This document shows, piece by piece, positions 8,358 through 18,423 of a stretch of DNA of 64,000 bases (position 1 is the first letter of the stretch; each line of letters begins with the position of its first letter). The DNA is from Nitrospirota bacterium (GTDB lineage: Bacteria > Nitrospirota > Thermodesulfovibrionia > Thermodesulfovibrionales > UBA9159). The DNA lies in contig JAMCWJ010000030.1 in the NCBI GenBank assembly GCA_023475105.1, forward strand, positions 1,743-65,742, read 5' to 3'. Under the pieces are notes generated by a model. It was not told the origin of the DNA. It was given only the letters and a program-made list of their open reading frames with translations, and did no database searches. Position numbers and translations under genes: made by a program.

Positions 8358-10764
8358 ATGGATCAATTCACGACCGAAACGTCGTCTGGAGCCGGAGGAG
8401 AAAATCAGCTTTCGGCTGATGAACTCCGGAAGATGGACGCCTACTGGCGCGCATGCAATTATCTCTCGCTCGGGATGTTGTATCTGAAGGACAATCCACT
8501 GCTGCGAGAGCCGCTCAGGGTGGAGCACCTCAAGAAGCGCTTTGTCGGGCATTGGGGGTCAGATGCCGGCCAGAGTTTCATCTGGGTGCACCTGAACCGT
8601 CTGATCAAGAAATACGACCTGAACGTGCTGTACATTTCCGGCCCGGGACATGGCGCCCCCGCGACACTCGCCAACTGCTACCTCGAAGGTACGTATTCAG
8701 AGGTCTACCCCGACATGTTCGGGGATGCGGAAGGCATGCGAAAGTTCTTCAAACAGTTTTCATTCCCGGGCGGCATCGGAAGCCACTGCACGCCTGAAAC
8801 TCCGGGCTCGATCCACGAAGGCGGCGAGCTTGGCTACAGCGTGTCGCACGCATTCGGCGCAGCCTTCGACAATCCGGACCTGATCGTCGCCGCGGTCGTG
8901 GGGGACGGCGAAGCGGAAACCGGTCCCCTGATGGGCTCACTGAATTCGAACAAATTCCTTAACCCGGTCCGTGACGGCGCGGTGCTGCCTATTCTCCATC
9001 TGAACGGTTATAAGATCGTCGAATCCGACGATTCTCGCGCGCATCTCCCCGGAAGAGCTGCAGAGTCTCTTCTTCGGTTTCGGGTGGACCCCCTATCTCG
9101 TGGAGGGTGAAGACCCGCAGTTCATGCACCGGAAAATGGCGGCTGCGCTCGAGACCTGCATAATGCAGATCAGGTCCGCCCAGGAAGAATGCCGCCGGAG
9201 CGGGGTCGCGAAACGTCCGCGCTGGCCCATGATCATCCTCCGCTCTCCGAAGGGCTGGACCGGGCCAAGGGAGATCGACGGGCATAAGCAGGAGGGCTTC
9301 TGGCGGTCTCATCAGATACCGATCCCCGACGTGGCCGACAACCCCCCCCACCTGAGGATCCTCGAAGACTGGATGAGGAGCTACAGACCGGAAGAACTGT
9401 TCGATCAGAACGGTGCGTTGGTCCCGGAGCTCAGGGAACTGGCTCCGACGGGAAGCAGGCGTATGAGCGCCAACCCGCACACCAACGGCGGCTCGCTGCG
9501 GAAACCCCTGCGCCTACCGGATTTCCGGGAATACGCAGTTCCTGTCTCCGAGCCGGGAAAATCCGAAGTCCAGCCGACATTCGTCCTCGGTCAATTCCTG
9601 CGGGACGTCATGCGGGAAAACATGACGAACTTCCGCGTCTTCGGGCCTGATGAGACGGCCTCGAATCGTCTTCAGGAGATTTACCGGGCCAGCAAGAAGA
9701 CATGGATGGCCGGGTTCAGACCCGAGGACTCCGATGGGGGCGAACTCTCGACGGACGGCCGTGTGATGGAGATGCTCAGCGAACACACCCTGGAAGGCTG
9801 GGCGGAAGGCTACGTGCTGACCGGTCGTCATGCCTTCTTCTCTTCGTATGAGGCATTCGTGCATATCATAGATTCCATGTTCAACCAGCATGCAAAGTGG
9901 CTCGAAAAGTGCAAGACCGAGGTCGAATGGCGCGTGCCGGTCTCCTCTCTGAATTTCCTGATCACCTCTACGGTCTGGCGCCAGGACCACAACGGCTTCA
10001 CCCACCAGGACCCCGGGTTCCTCGATGTGGTGACGAACAAGAGCGCACTCGTGACGCGCATCTATCTGCCTCCCGATGCGAACTGCCTGCTCAGCGTGGC
10101 GGACCATTGTCTGCGGAGCGTCGGTTATGTGAACGTCATCGTCGCCGACAAGATGCCTCACCTTCAGTATCTTGACATGAACCGCGCCATTTCACACTGT
10201 GGAAAGGGGATCGGCATCTGGGACTGGGCGAGCAGCGACCAGGGAGGAGAGCCTGATGTGATTATGGCGAGCGCCGGCGATATCCCCACGATGGAAGCCC
10301 TTGCGGCTACCGCAATCCTCCGCGAAAAATTCCCGGACCTGAAGCTCCGCTTCGTCAACGTCGTCGATCTCTTCAAACTGCAGCCGGCGACCGAACACCC
10401 CCATGGGCTTGCGGACCGCGACTTCGATTCCCTGTTTACGGCCGACAAGCCGGTCATTTTCAACTTCCACGGGTACCCCTGGTTGATCCACAAACTGGCC
10501 TACCGCCGCACCAATCATGCCAATATGCATGTACGCGGCTACAAGGAGAAGGGGAATATAAACACGCCTCTGGAACTGGCTATCCGGAACCAGGTCGACA
10601 GGTTCAATCTTTCGATCGATGTTATCGACCGTGTTCCTGCGCTGCAGAAATCGGGGGCCCACGTAAAGGACTGGCTGAAGGACCGGATCATCGAGCACCT
10701 CTCTTACGCTCACGAGCACGGGGTCGACAGGCCGGAGATTCAGGATTGGAAATGGCCGTATTAG
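8358..10764 (+). CDS. xfp: xylulose-5-phosphate/fructose-6-phosphate phosphoketolase, interrupted by a +1 frameshift near 9018-9022
   Basis: [24 protein letters not shown]...[11 protein letters not shown]...[10 protein letters not shown]. The frame changes after LNGYKI: the next frame reads [32 protein letters not shown] and continues to 10764. RBS AAAGGAGGA precedes ATG 8358. Confidence 0.9.
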
Positions 10765-11064
10765 AATGACCAGAGCACCGGCGGTATTCGGCGCAGTGTA
10801 CTGAGCACGGCCGGCTGGGGAGAGCGCCACGACGTCGCGCATAGAAAAACGGCGCGGCAAAGCCGCAAAGTCATTTCCTTTTCGGGCGGTGCCTCAAGTA
10901 AAGTCTTACCCATAGATACACGGCCGCTGCCGGACTGATGATCGGAAGAAACGGCACGACGGCGCGCCGCGAAACTCCCGTGCCGATGGCGACGAGGCAA
11001 GCTCCTGCGGCAATGCCTGTTGCGATCCCGATTGCCGGCAGGGCGCTCCTGCGGCAGTTTTACG

Positions 11065-11283
11065 CTACCTCTTCACCTTCATCGGCTTTTCACAACAGAT
11101 GAGGTGGGCAGTTTCAGCGCAGCCGCAGGCGGTATCGACAGTGACGGCGAGGCCGCAGACTCCGCATACGTATTTGCTTCCTTCCTTCACACCTGCAGTC
11201 TTCTTTACCGCCGTCTTTCTTGAAGCAGTCTTCACTGCCGCCTTCTTTGCAGTCTTCTTTTCCGACATCTTCGTTCTTGCCAT
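11065..11283 (-). CDS. desulforedoxin-type Cys4 domain protein with lysine/alanine-rich N-terminal tail
   Basis: C-terminus YVCGVCGLAVTVD..CGC..LICCEKPM matches the desulforedoxin pattern Y-x-C-x-x-C-G...V-C-C-G-x-x-M. N-terminus KKTAKKAAVKTASRKTAVKKTAGVK. I chose the ATG at 11283, after GGAAGGGGA. Confidence 0.65.
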   Translation of the reverse strand: MARTKMSEKKTAKKAAVKTASRKTAVKKTAGVKEGSKYVCGVCGLAVTVDTACGCAETAHLICCEKPMKVKR

Positions 11284-11434
11284 GTCTTTCCCCTTCCTGT
11301 TCACAGTTCTGCCGCCCAAAGGCGATCTATAGGAAAAGTATACCGAAAATCAGCAAAACTGCAATGCTCATGAAAAAATCACGCGGGCATGATACTATTT
11401 CCGAAGAAGAACAGAAACTCGATAATGACTTGTT

Positions 11435-12106
11435 ATGTGCCAACTGAGGCGACGAAGATTTCCCGTGAAGCGTTGTGAATGGGCCTACAGGAGCGAGCTG
11501 GAGCAGTACTACCATGACAATGAATGGGGCGAGGCAATTCACGACGACAGAAGCCTATTCGAGTTTCTTATTTTGGAAGGCGCGCAGGCAGGACTGAGCT
11601 GGTCCACCATCCTGAGAAAGCGGGAGGGTTATAGAAAGGCGTTCGACAATTTTGACGCCCGGAAGATTTCCCGGTACTCCGAGGCCGACGTTTCCCGGTT
11701 GCTGACTGATCCCGGGATCATAAGAAACAGGCTCAAGATCAACGCGGCCATCACGAACGCCGGAGCATTCCTGCAGGTGCAGGAGCAATTTGGAAGTTTC
11801 GATCACTACGTCCGGCAATTCGTTGACGGCAAACCCATTCAGAATTCATGGGAGAAGATTACCGATATTCCTTCCAGCACTCCCGAATCCGACGCCATGA
11901 GTAAAGATTTGCAGAGCAGAGGGTTCAAGTTTGTCGGAACCACTATATGTTATGCATTCATGCAGGCAGTCGGAATGGTAAACGATCACGTGGTTGGCTG
12001 TTTCAGACACCGGGAACTCAAGAAAAGGGGCGCGGGCATGACGGGTCGGGCCGCCGGACCGCCCGGAAAACGGCCTCCCGGTAAAAAGGCAGACCGGGGA
12101 AGATGA
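11435..12106 (+). CDS. tag: DNA-3-methyladenine glycosylase I
   Basis: RCEWA...YHDNEWGEAIHDDRSLFEFLILEGAQAGLSWSTILRKREGYRKAF...IIRNRLKI...GTTICYAFMQAVGMVNDH. Carries a basic C-terminal extension. Confidence 0.9.
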   Translation: MCQLRRRRFPVKRCEWAYRSELEQYYHDNEWGEAIHDDRSLFEFLILEGAQAGLSWSTILRKREGYRKAFDNFDARKISRYSEADVSRLLTDPGIIRNRLKINAAITNAGAFLQVQEQFGSFDHYVRQFVDGKPIQNSWEKITDIPSSTPESDAMSKDLQSRGFKFVGTTICYAFMQAVGMVNDHVVGCFRHRELKKRGAGMTGRAAGPPGKRPPGKKADRGR

Positions 12107-12324
12107 AAAGACTGATCGTCGCAGTAGTGATCCTGGTCGTCGTAATCGTGATGGCGCTCCGGGGTTGCCCCAGAGGCCGGAGAAGCGCGGGCATGGCACA
12201 CGACTCGGCAACGGCGGACGTAACCGTCATTCCGATCGTTTCCGGGGCAGTGGTTTCAGCAGGGACTTCAGATAAAGAAAAGGCTGGTTTTATCGGCAGC
12301 AGAGAAATGGCCGGCATTGATTAG
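12103..12324 (+). CDS. hypothetical small membrane-anchored protein
   Basis: ATGA overlap with the tag stop. N-terminal TM segment MKRLIVAVVILVVVIVMAL. No recognisable family. Confidence 0.3.
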   Translation: MKRLIVAVVILVVVIVMALRGCPRGRRSAGMAHDSATADVTVIPIVSGAVVSAGTSDKEKAGFIGSREMAGID

Positions 12325-12383
12325 AGGGAAGTGGCGGGTTTCAGGATACTATATCAAATAGTTTCATCTTTTATAAGAAGGAC

Positions 12384-13028
12384 TTAACCGCCCCTTACCT
12401 TTTCAACCAGCTTTAAAATGATCTCTTCCGCGGCATCGAATCCTGCGAATGCGGTATCGACACACAAATGAGAGCACAGGGAATCGGTCCACTCCATACC
12501 TGAGACCGCTTGTATGAAGCGTCTCCGTTCCTTATCCGACTCTCTCACGAGAACGGCTGCTTCAGAACGATCGGAAATGTCATATGTTTCCAGCACGCGC
12601 GTTATGCGAAACTCCTCCGGTGCGTGCAGAAAGATACTGATCAGCCCGGAGCGTCCTCTTAAAACGTGAAACCCTGCCCTCCCGACTATAACAGAATCGT
12701 GTGCAGCGGCGATCTTTTGAATGACCCGGGCTTCTGTTTTAAACAGCTCGGGATCATAAACAGGCCTGATCGCAGGAGGCACATATGCCGCCTCGGGACT
12801 GCCGTGAATAAATCCCCTCAGAAGGTTTTCCAAAACGCCTGAAACCCGTTCCTCCCTGAATTCGAGATGCTTTTCATCCTCGCCGAGATATTCCGTCGTC
12901 CTTCTCAGGATATCCCTGTCCACGTATTTGATTCCAAGGCGGCGTGACAACCTTTGCCCGATGTAAGACCCTCCGCTTCCCATCTGTCTTGAGATCGTGA
13001 TCAAAAGTCTTTGATTCTGTTCCCGCAT
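12384..13028 (-). CDS. cytidylate kinase-like family protein
   Basis: ITISRQMGSGGSYIGQRLSRRLGIKYVDRDIL, a P-loop-like AAA_28/cytidylate-kinase-like N-terminus. Confidence 0.7.
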   Translation of the reverse strand: MREQNQRLLITISRQMGSGGSYIGQRLSRRLGIKYVDRDILRRTTEYLGEDEKHLEFREERVSGVLENLLRGFIHGSPEAAYVPPAIRPVYDPELFKTEARVIQKIAAAHDSVIVGRAGFHVLRGRSGLISIFLHAPEEFRITRVLETYDISDRSEAAVLVRESDKERRRFIQAVSGMEWTDSLCSHLCVDTAFAGFDAAEEIILKLVEKVRGG

Positions 13029-13046
13029 GATCAGCCCTCCAATTTC

Positions 13047-14594
13047 TTAATCTACCATAATCTCGCCGGATGAAGAATGGTCGCTGCTTTTCAGCAAGAT
13101 GATCAGAGGAATCGCCGCTATGAAAAGAAACGTAACAAGCAAGAAGACCCGGTTATACGCCAGCATTGCGGCCTGTCTCATGAGGTTGCTGTTGAGCAGC
13201 TGCAGCGTCCTGCTATGGGCCGTGACCTGGTCTGCCCCTTTCTGGGCAAAGACTCCGGTCATAACGCCGACCCAGTTGTTTACTTTCTGATTGAAGACGT
13301 TGACATGCGTAGACAGCACCGAGCCGTAAATAGACTCTCCCCTGGTCAACTGCGTTGCGGTGAGAGATATCCCTATGCTTCCGAAGACCTGTCTTACGAC
13401 ATTGTACAGTCCGGCGGCATCGGTCATCTTTGTCTTGCGTATCGTGGACAGCGCGGCGGTACTGAGGGCCACAAATATCATTCCAAAGCCCACACCCTGT
13501 AGAAACTGGGGTTCAAATATATCCCAGAAACCTACATCGAGCGATATGGCTGAAAGCTGCCAGAAAGAGAAGGCCGTTATGATAAGGCCGATCCCGATCA
13601 AAAACCTGGGGCCCGCCTTATTATAGAACCGGCCTGCAAGAGGCATCGCAAGTGCCATTGCAAGACTCCTCGGCATGAGTGCAAGCCCGGAATCGAGCGC
13701 AGGATATCCAAGGATCTGCTGGAGAAAAAGCGGAAGCAGAAAAAGGCTGCCGTAAAGTCCCATTCCGAGAACGCCGCCCAATAGTGTCCCGGATGCAAAA
13801 TTGGCGTCCTTTAAAAGCCGCAAATTCACGACCGGTCTGTCCGTAACGAGTTCCCATAATACAAAAAGCGACAAGCCAATAACAGCTATTCCGAGGAGCG
13901 CGAGGATAAAATCCGACTGAAACCAATCTCGACGTTCCCCCTTTTCGAGCATTAGCTGAAGGGCGCCCAAGCCGATTACAAGGAGTCCCAGCCCCGGGAA
14001 ATCGATTTTTCCCTTTTCCCTTTTCAGATAGGCCGGATCGTGAAGGAAGCGGTAGACCAGCAGAAGGTTGAGCATCCCGATCGGGACATTGATGTAGAAA
14101 ATCCACGGCCACGAGTAATTGTCCGTGAGCCAGCCCCCCAGTGTAGGCCCGAATGCGGGCCCGAGGACGACGCCGAAGCCGTATATCCCCATTGCCAGGC
14201 CCTGCTCTTCCGGAGGGAACGATTCTCTCAATATTGCCTGCGACACAGGGATAAGCGCACCGCCGCCGATTCCCTGAATGATCCTGAACACGACGAGAGA
14301 ACTGAGGCTCCAGGACAGGCCGCACAACATGGAGCTCACAGTAAAAAGAAAGATGCTGAAACCGTAAAGCGTCTTCCTGCCTAAGCGCGAGCTCAGCATC
14401 CCGATTATCGGCATAACGATTACATTGGAAAGCATATAGCCCGTCGCAACCCAGGTAATCTCATCTATCGAGGCACCAAGGTTGCCGCGCATGAAAGGAA
14501 GCGCCACATTGACTATGCTGGTGTCCAGTGCGCTCATGATCGTTCCCATGATTACCGTCACGGCGATCATCCATTTATTGCTGTTTCCCGTCAT
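13047..14594 (-). CDS. MFS transporter, DHA2 (EmrB/QacA) 14-TMS drug-efflux family
   Basis: ALDTSIVNVALPFMRGNLGAS..EITWVATGYML...GRKTLYGFSIFLFTVSSMLCGL...FRIIQGIGGGALIP. Confidence 0.9.
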   Translation of the reverse strand: MTGNSNKWMIAVTVIMGTIMSALDTSIVNVALPFMRGNLGASIDEITWVATGYMLSNVIVMPIIGMLSSRLGRKTLYGFSIFLFTVSSMLCGLSWSLSSLVVFRIIQGIGGGALIPVSQAILRESFPPEEQGLAMGIYGFGVVLGPAFGPTLGGWLTDNYSWPWIFYINVPIGMLNLLLVYRFLHDPAYLKREKGKIDFPGLGLLVIGLGALQLMLEKGERRDWFQSDFILALLGIAVIGLSLFVLWELVTDRPVVNLRLLKDANFASGTLLGGVLGMGLYGSLFLLPLFLQQILGYPALDSGLALMPRSLAMALAMPLAGRFYNKAGPRFLIGIGLIITAFSFWQLSAISLDVGFWDIFEPQFLQGVGFGMIFVALSTAALSTIRKTKMTDAAGLYNVVRQVFGSIGISLTATQLTRGESIYGSVLSTHVNVFNQKVNNWVGVMTGVFAQKGADQVTAHSRTLQLLNSNLMRQAAMLAYNRVFLLVTFLFIAAIPLIILLKSSDHSSSGEIMVD

Positions 14595-14650
14595 TTATAC
14601 CAACCTGAGTTATTAATACTTGCAATGAAATACTAAAGTTTGACTACGAT

Positions 14651-14735
14651 GTCATTCCGGCCTGTCCGGTCCCGCCTCGGCGGGATTTCTTTGTTTTCAG
14701 AAGGATTCCCGGCGCACTTCGCTCGCGGGAATGAC
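14651..14735. repeat. nested-palindrome dispersed repeat, copy B (opposite orientation, with a roughly 20-nt extra internal hairpin)
   Basis: The reverse complement reads gtcattcccgcgagcgaagtgcgccgggaatccttc...ccggacaggccggaatgac. It shares both end modules with copy A. Confidence 0.8.
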
Positions 14736-14880
14736 AACTTTCATTAACGACCAGGAACGATTTTTCATATACCTTTTGCTTCATAGATCGGGCGGACTCT
14801 CTCCCTTAGTCCATCGAGGGACCGGCGTGATATACGGTAGAGCCGGTAATTTCTGTGCTGAAGGGCACGGAGGATATGTC

Positions 14881-15525
14881 TCATCGTCGACCCACGCGGC
14901 CTTCGGTCTTTCCCATTCCCGCACTCGCAAAAGAAACCAGCATCTCAATCAGGGTTTCGGAATCTGTTTCAAAGTTCTTCTTTAATCGCTCATATCCGGG
15001 GCTCGAGTTCATGCGTATCGCACGGCCAAGCGCACCGATCAGAAACTGGTATCTCCAGAACACCTCCTGTCCGGACAGATCGGGGAGGGCTGCCCTGAGC
15101 AATTCGAGCATAAGCTGGTTTGCCGGTTTCATATGCCGCAGCAATATTTTTTGAACGGTCTCGTCAGGCTCTGTGAATGCCCTTCCGATAAGGTTTGCAA
15201 AATCCGCCCAGCCTCTCTCTGATTCGCCCGTGCCGAAGACCGGTTCGATGTACGCCCGGAGAATCTCCGGAAGATCAGGTTTTATATTCAGCTCCTCCGA
15301 CCTGTTTCTTATCTCCTGCAATCTCTTGAGCCTGACCTCATTTACTGGCCGCAATCTCAGCGCGACAACGGCCTCAAGCAATGCCTCTTTGGAGCCGAAG
15401 TGATAATTTACGAGGGCCAGATTCACTCCGGCACTCTCCGTTATCGCCCTCATCGATGAGGCATGGTATCCCGAACGCGCGAAGAGGACTTCGGCAGCGT
15501 TGAGAATCTCCTCCTTGGTATCCAC
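14881..15525 (-). CDS. TetR/AcrR family transcriptional regulator
   Basis: EILNAAEVLFARSGYHASSMRAITESAGVNLALVNYHFGSKEALLEAV is a TetR HTH. Lies immediately upstream of the MFS gene on the same strand. Confidence 0.9.
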   Translation of the reverse strand: MDTKEEILNAAEVLFARSGYHASSMRAITESAGVNLALVNYHFGSKEALLEAVVALRLRPVNEVRLKRLQEIRNRSEELNIKPDLPEILRAYIEPVFGTGESERGWADFANLIGRAFTEPDETVQKILLRHMKPANQLMLELLRAALPDLSGQEVFWRYQFLIGALGRAIRMNSSPGYERLKKNFETDSETLIEMLVSFASAGMGKTEGRVGRR

Positions 15526-15550
15526 AAAAACCCTCTTAAATATAGTTGAG

Positions 15551-15566
15551 TTAAACGTTCGTTTAA
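15551..15566. promoter_or_regulatory. candidate TetR operator (7-2-7 perfect inverted repeat)
   Basis: TTAAACG-TT-CGTTTAA, 26 bp upstream of the tetR start codon. Confidence 0.4.
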
Positions 15567-15857
15567 ATATACCCGAGGTCAGCTGTTTGTGTCAAGAATG
15601 AATATCGACGGTTTTCTTGGAAGAGCTGTGAAAACCGGCATTGCCGCGGAAACGGAAATCCAATTTCTTTTCAAAGACGCCTGGATACCGTCTTCACGGC
15701 ATGACGGCATTAGATGCAACCATAATTCTTTTCCAGCGGCCTGTTTTGGGCGTAATTTTCTCAAAAACTTACTCGGCATTTGCTCGCCGGAGGCGAAGCA
15801 AGAAAAGCCTCCCGACATTTCCGGAAAATTTTCAGTCATTTCTGATATCGTTATCGT

Positions 15858-17060
15858 ATGATTTCCGTCGAGACGTATAAAGGCAAGGCGGTTACCGAGC
15901 ACGACGTAGAGATCGTTGAGAGGAAAGGTGCAGGCCATCCCGACTTTATCTGCGATTCTCTCATGGAGGCGATATCCATAGCCCTGAGCAGTGAGTATAC
16001 AAAGACCTTCGGAGCGATCCTTCACCATAATATTGATAAGGGTCTCCTTGCAGCAGGGAGGACCGCGAAGACATTCGGAGGCGGCAGGGTCACAAGACCG
16101 ATGGAACTCACCATAGGGGACAGGGCTACATTCAAGGCGGCCGGCAAAGTGGTGCCGGTTGCAGAGATCGCGGTGCATGCTGCAAAAAAGTGGATCAAAG
16201 AGAACTTGCGGTTCGTCGACCCCGAGAAACATCTTAAGTATCGTGTGATCCTGGCACCGGGTTCGGAGGAACTTACCGATATTTTTTCGAGACCCGGAAA
16301 AGTGCGGTCTGCCAATGACACCTCAGCTGCAGTGGGATACTACCCCTTAAGCCCCACCGAGGCCATTGTCCTTGAACTGGAAAGATACCTGAATTCGAAA
16401 AGGTTTAAAAGTCGTCATCCTGAGACGGGGGAAGACGTGAAGGTCATGGGAATGAGAAAGAGGGATATGTTCGATATCACGGTCGCCATGCCGCTCCTCT
16501 CCCGGTATGTCCTGTCCGAAGAAGAGTATTTCGAGAGAAAAGATATCGTCCATAAAGATATGATGGCCTTTCTAAGAACACACAGTGGCGTTGAGAAAAT
16601 GGAGGTTCATTTCAATACCCTGGATGAGAGATACCGGGGGCTCGGCGGTATCTACCTCAGTCTTCTCGGCACCTCTGCAGAGGATGCGGATTCGGGACAG
16701 GTGGGACGGGGCAACAGGGTGAACGGCCTCATCTCCATGAACAGACCTATGGGCACTGAGGCAGCTGCAGGAAAGAACCCGGTGAGCCACGTGGGGAAAA
16801 TATACAATGTCCTCTCCCACGTTATTGCACGGAAGGTCTACGAGGAAGTCGAAGGCCTGAAAGAAGTCTACGTTCTCCTCCTCAGCAGGATAGGCACGCC
16901 CATCGACATGCCCCAAATGGCATCGGCTCAGGTTCTGACCGATGGAAAGCTAAGGCTCCGGGACGTTTCGAAAAAGATCACCACGATCATCGAAAGGGAA
17001 ATGACAAATATCGATACGTTCTGTATCGACCTCAGCAAAGGGAGATATCAAGTATGCTGA
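15858..17060 (+). CDS. archaeal-type S-adenosylmethionine synthetase (methionine adenosyltransferase)
   Basis: VEIVERKGAGHPDFICDSLMEAIS...HNIDKGLLAAG...DTSAAVGYYPLSPTE...GTSAEDADSGQVGRGNRVNGLI...GKNPVSHVGKIYN follows the archaeal MAT family pattern, not bacterial MetK. Confidence 0.85.
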   Translation: MISVETYKGKAVTEHDVEIVERKGAGHPDFICDSLMEAISIALSSEYTKTFGAILHHNIDKGLLAAGRTAKTFGGGRVTRPMELTIGDRATFKAAGKVVPVAEIAVHAAKKWIKENLRFVDPEKHLKYRVILAPGSEELTDIFSRPGKVRSANDTSAAVGYYPLSPTEAIVLELERYLNSKRFKSRHPETGEDVKVMGMRKRDMFDITVAMPLLSRYVLSEEEYFERKDIVHKDMMAFLRTHSGVEKMEVHFNTLDERYRGLGGIYLSLLGTSAEDADSGQVGRGNRVNGLISMNRPMGTEAAAGKNPVSHVGKIYNVLSHVIARKVYEEVEGLKEVYVLLLSRIGTPIDMPQMASAQVLTDGKLRLRDVSKKITTIIEREMTNIDTFCIDLSKGRYQVC

Positions 17061-17104
17061 TTGTATCGACAATTTCGCAGCGAACCTTTTGTGAGCAATT
17101 TTCA

Positions 17105-17926
17105 TCATAGTACCTTTTCATAGATCCCTGGTGTGTTGCCATATGGGATGATATCGGTCACTCCACGCGGCAGGGATTCGTGTATTCCGATAATGAAGAT
17201 TCCTCCACGGCGAAGCCTATTCGAAATTCTACGAAGGATTTCTTGCTGTAATGCTTCTTCAAAATAGGTTAACACGAGATTGCGACAGAGTATGAGGTGG
17301 AAGAATCCCGCTGGTTGCTGAATACGAATGTCCTGCTCTGCAAATTCGATGTTCTCTCTGAAAGGTTTCTTGACCGCGAAGGACTTTCCGGACTGTGTAA
17401 AAGCCTGCGGGATCAGTTCCTTCGGGAGGTCCCTGAGACTGCTCTGCGGGTAGCATCCTTCCCGTGCTCGTTCAAGCACATCACGGTTTATATCTGTAGC
17501 GATAATGCGAAGAGGTAAATCAAAGCGTATTGCGGGTATAACACGGACCTTCCAGAGGATCTGCAAGGTGTAGGCCTCCTCGCCCGAACAGCAGCCGGCA
17601 CTCCAGCAGCTGAGCTCGTTTCCTCCGCTCAATAATATGCTTCTTGCCAGTGAGGGAAGTAGTTTGAAGCATAATTCTTCAAATACACCCTTGTCGCGAT
17701 AGAAGCGGGAAATTGTTATCCGACACGCTGAGTCGAGGATTTTCCACTCTTCAGGATGGTCTTTTATATATTCTTCGTAAGCGGAAAAACCAGGAAGACC
17801 CAGCTCTGCCTTACGGCGGCTCAGCTCCTTGCAAACCTGCCGGCGAACCTTGCGAAAGCCTGCCCAACGAAGCCTGAGCCGGGGTAAGCACAGCCGCAAA
17901 AATTCCGTGCACTCAAGGTTCCTCAT
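17105..17926 (-). CDS. CheR-type SAM-dependent protein methyltransferase
   Basis: ITISRFYRDKGVFEEL...CWSAGCCSGEEAYTLQILW...IIATDINRDVLERAREGCY...FHLILCRNLVLTYF. Confidence 0.8.
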   Translation of the reverse strand: MRNLECTEFLRLCLPRLRLRWAGFRKVRRQVCKELSRRKAELGLPGFSAYEEYIKDHPEEWKILDSACRITISRFYRDKGVFEELCFKLLPSLARSILLSGGNELSCWSAGCCSGEEAYTLQILWKVRVIPAIRFDLPLRIIATDINRDVLERAREGCYPQSSLRDLPKELIPQAFTQSGKSFAVKKPFRENIEFAEQDIRIQQPAGFFHLILCRNLVLTYFEEALQQEILRRISNRLRRGGIFIIGIHESLPRGVTDIIPYGNTPGIYEKVL

Positions 17927-17967
17927 GGCTCAGACCTCGGACAAAATGGGGGCATACTTACAATAAG

Positions 17968-18366
17968 CTATTTCTCTTTGTCCTCTTTCTTTTCTGTCCT
18001 TCTCTTCCTCTTACCGGCGAGGTATGCCTCCATGGGTCGCCAGCCAAAGGCTATACTTCTGCGTGCCAGACCCAAAATACTCTTGAGAACCGTTGTAGCC
18101 AAGGTGAACGCGAATGCAAAGGGAAGAACAACCACATATGCAAGGCCGATGAACGGGGCAGCCACTATGCGCCCCAGTGTCTTAAGTATGTTCCTATACC
18201 CCGTGTTTTCTACGAACATTAGGTCTTCTTTAGCGTCTTCCGTCACAGTCTTGAAAGGTTTCGGCTTCAATATTTCCGCATAGAGGATATATCCGACCAT
18301 GAACAGAAGAGCTATTATGTACTCTATTCCTTTCACATGGGTTAAATAATCATAAAGTGTATGCAT
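17968..18366 (-). CDS. hypothetical membrane protein
   Basis: Two or three hydrophobic segments (IIALLFMVGYILYA, VAAPFIGLAYVVVLPFAFAFTLA) and a basic C-terminal tail. No family recognised. Confidence 0.5.
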   Translation of the reverse strand: MHTLYDYLTHVKGIEYIIALLFMVGYILYAEILKPKPFKTVTEDAKEDLMFVENTGYRNILKTLGRIVAAPFIGLAYVVVLPFAFAFTLATTVLKSILGLARRSIAFGWRPMEAYLAGKRKRRTEKKEDKEK

Positions 18367-18423
18367 CTTTTCCCTCCTTTCTTTCAGTCCGTCATTCAGA
18401 AGGGATTGGCCCTTGATTCGACA

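Noticed and set aside
10880-11062. A hydrophobic minus-strand frame (ALPAIGIATGIAAGACLVAIGTGV...AAVYLWVRLYLRHRPKRK) immediately downstream of the desulforedoxin-like gene.
   Set aside because: It looks like a small membrane protein, but there is no ATG, GTG or TTG start near its beginning, only a late GTG giving ~26 aa. It is too uncertain to call.
15526-15857. A possible SAM riboswitch or leader upstream of the SAM synthetase gene.
   Set aside because: I could not recognise SAM-I, SAM-II or SAM-III core motifs or a convincing terminator/antiterminator by eye. A covariance-model scan is needed.
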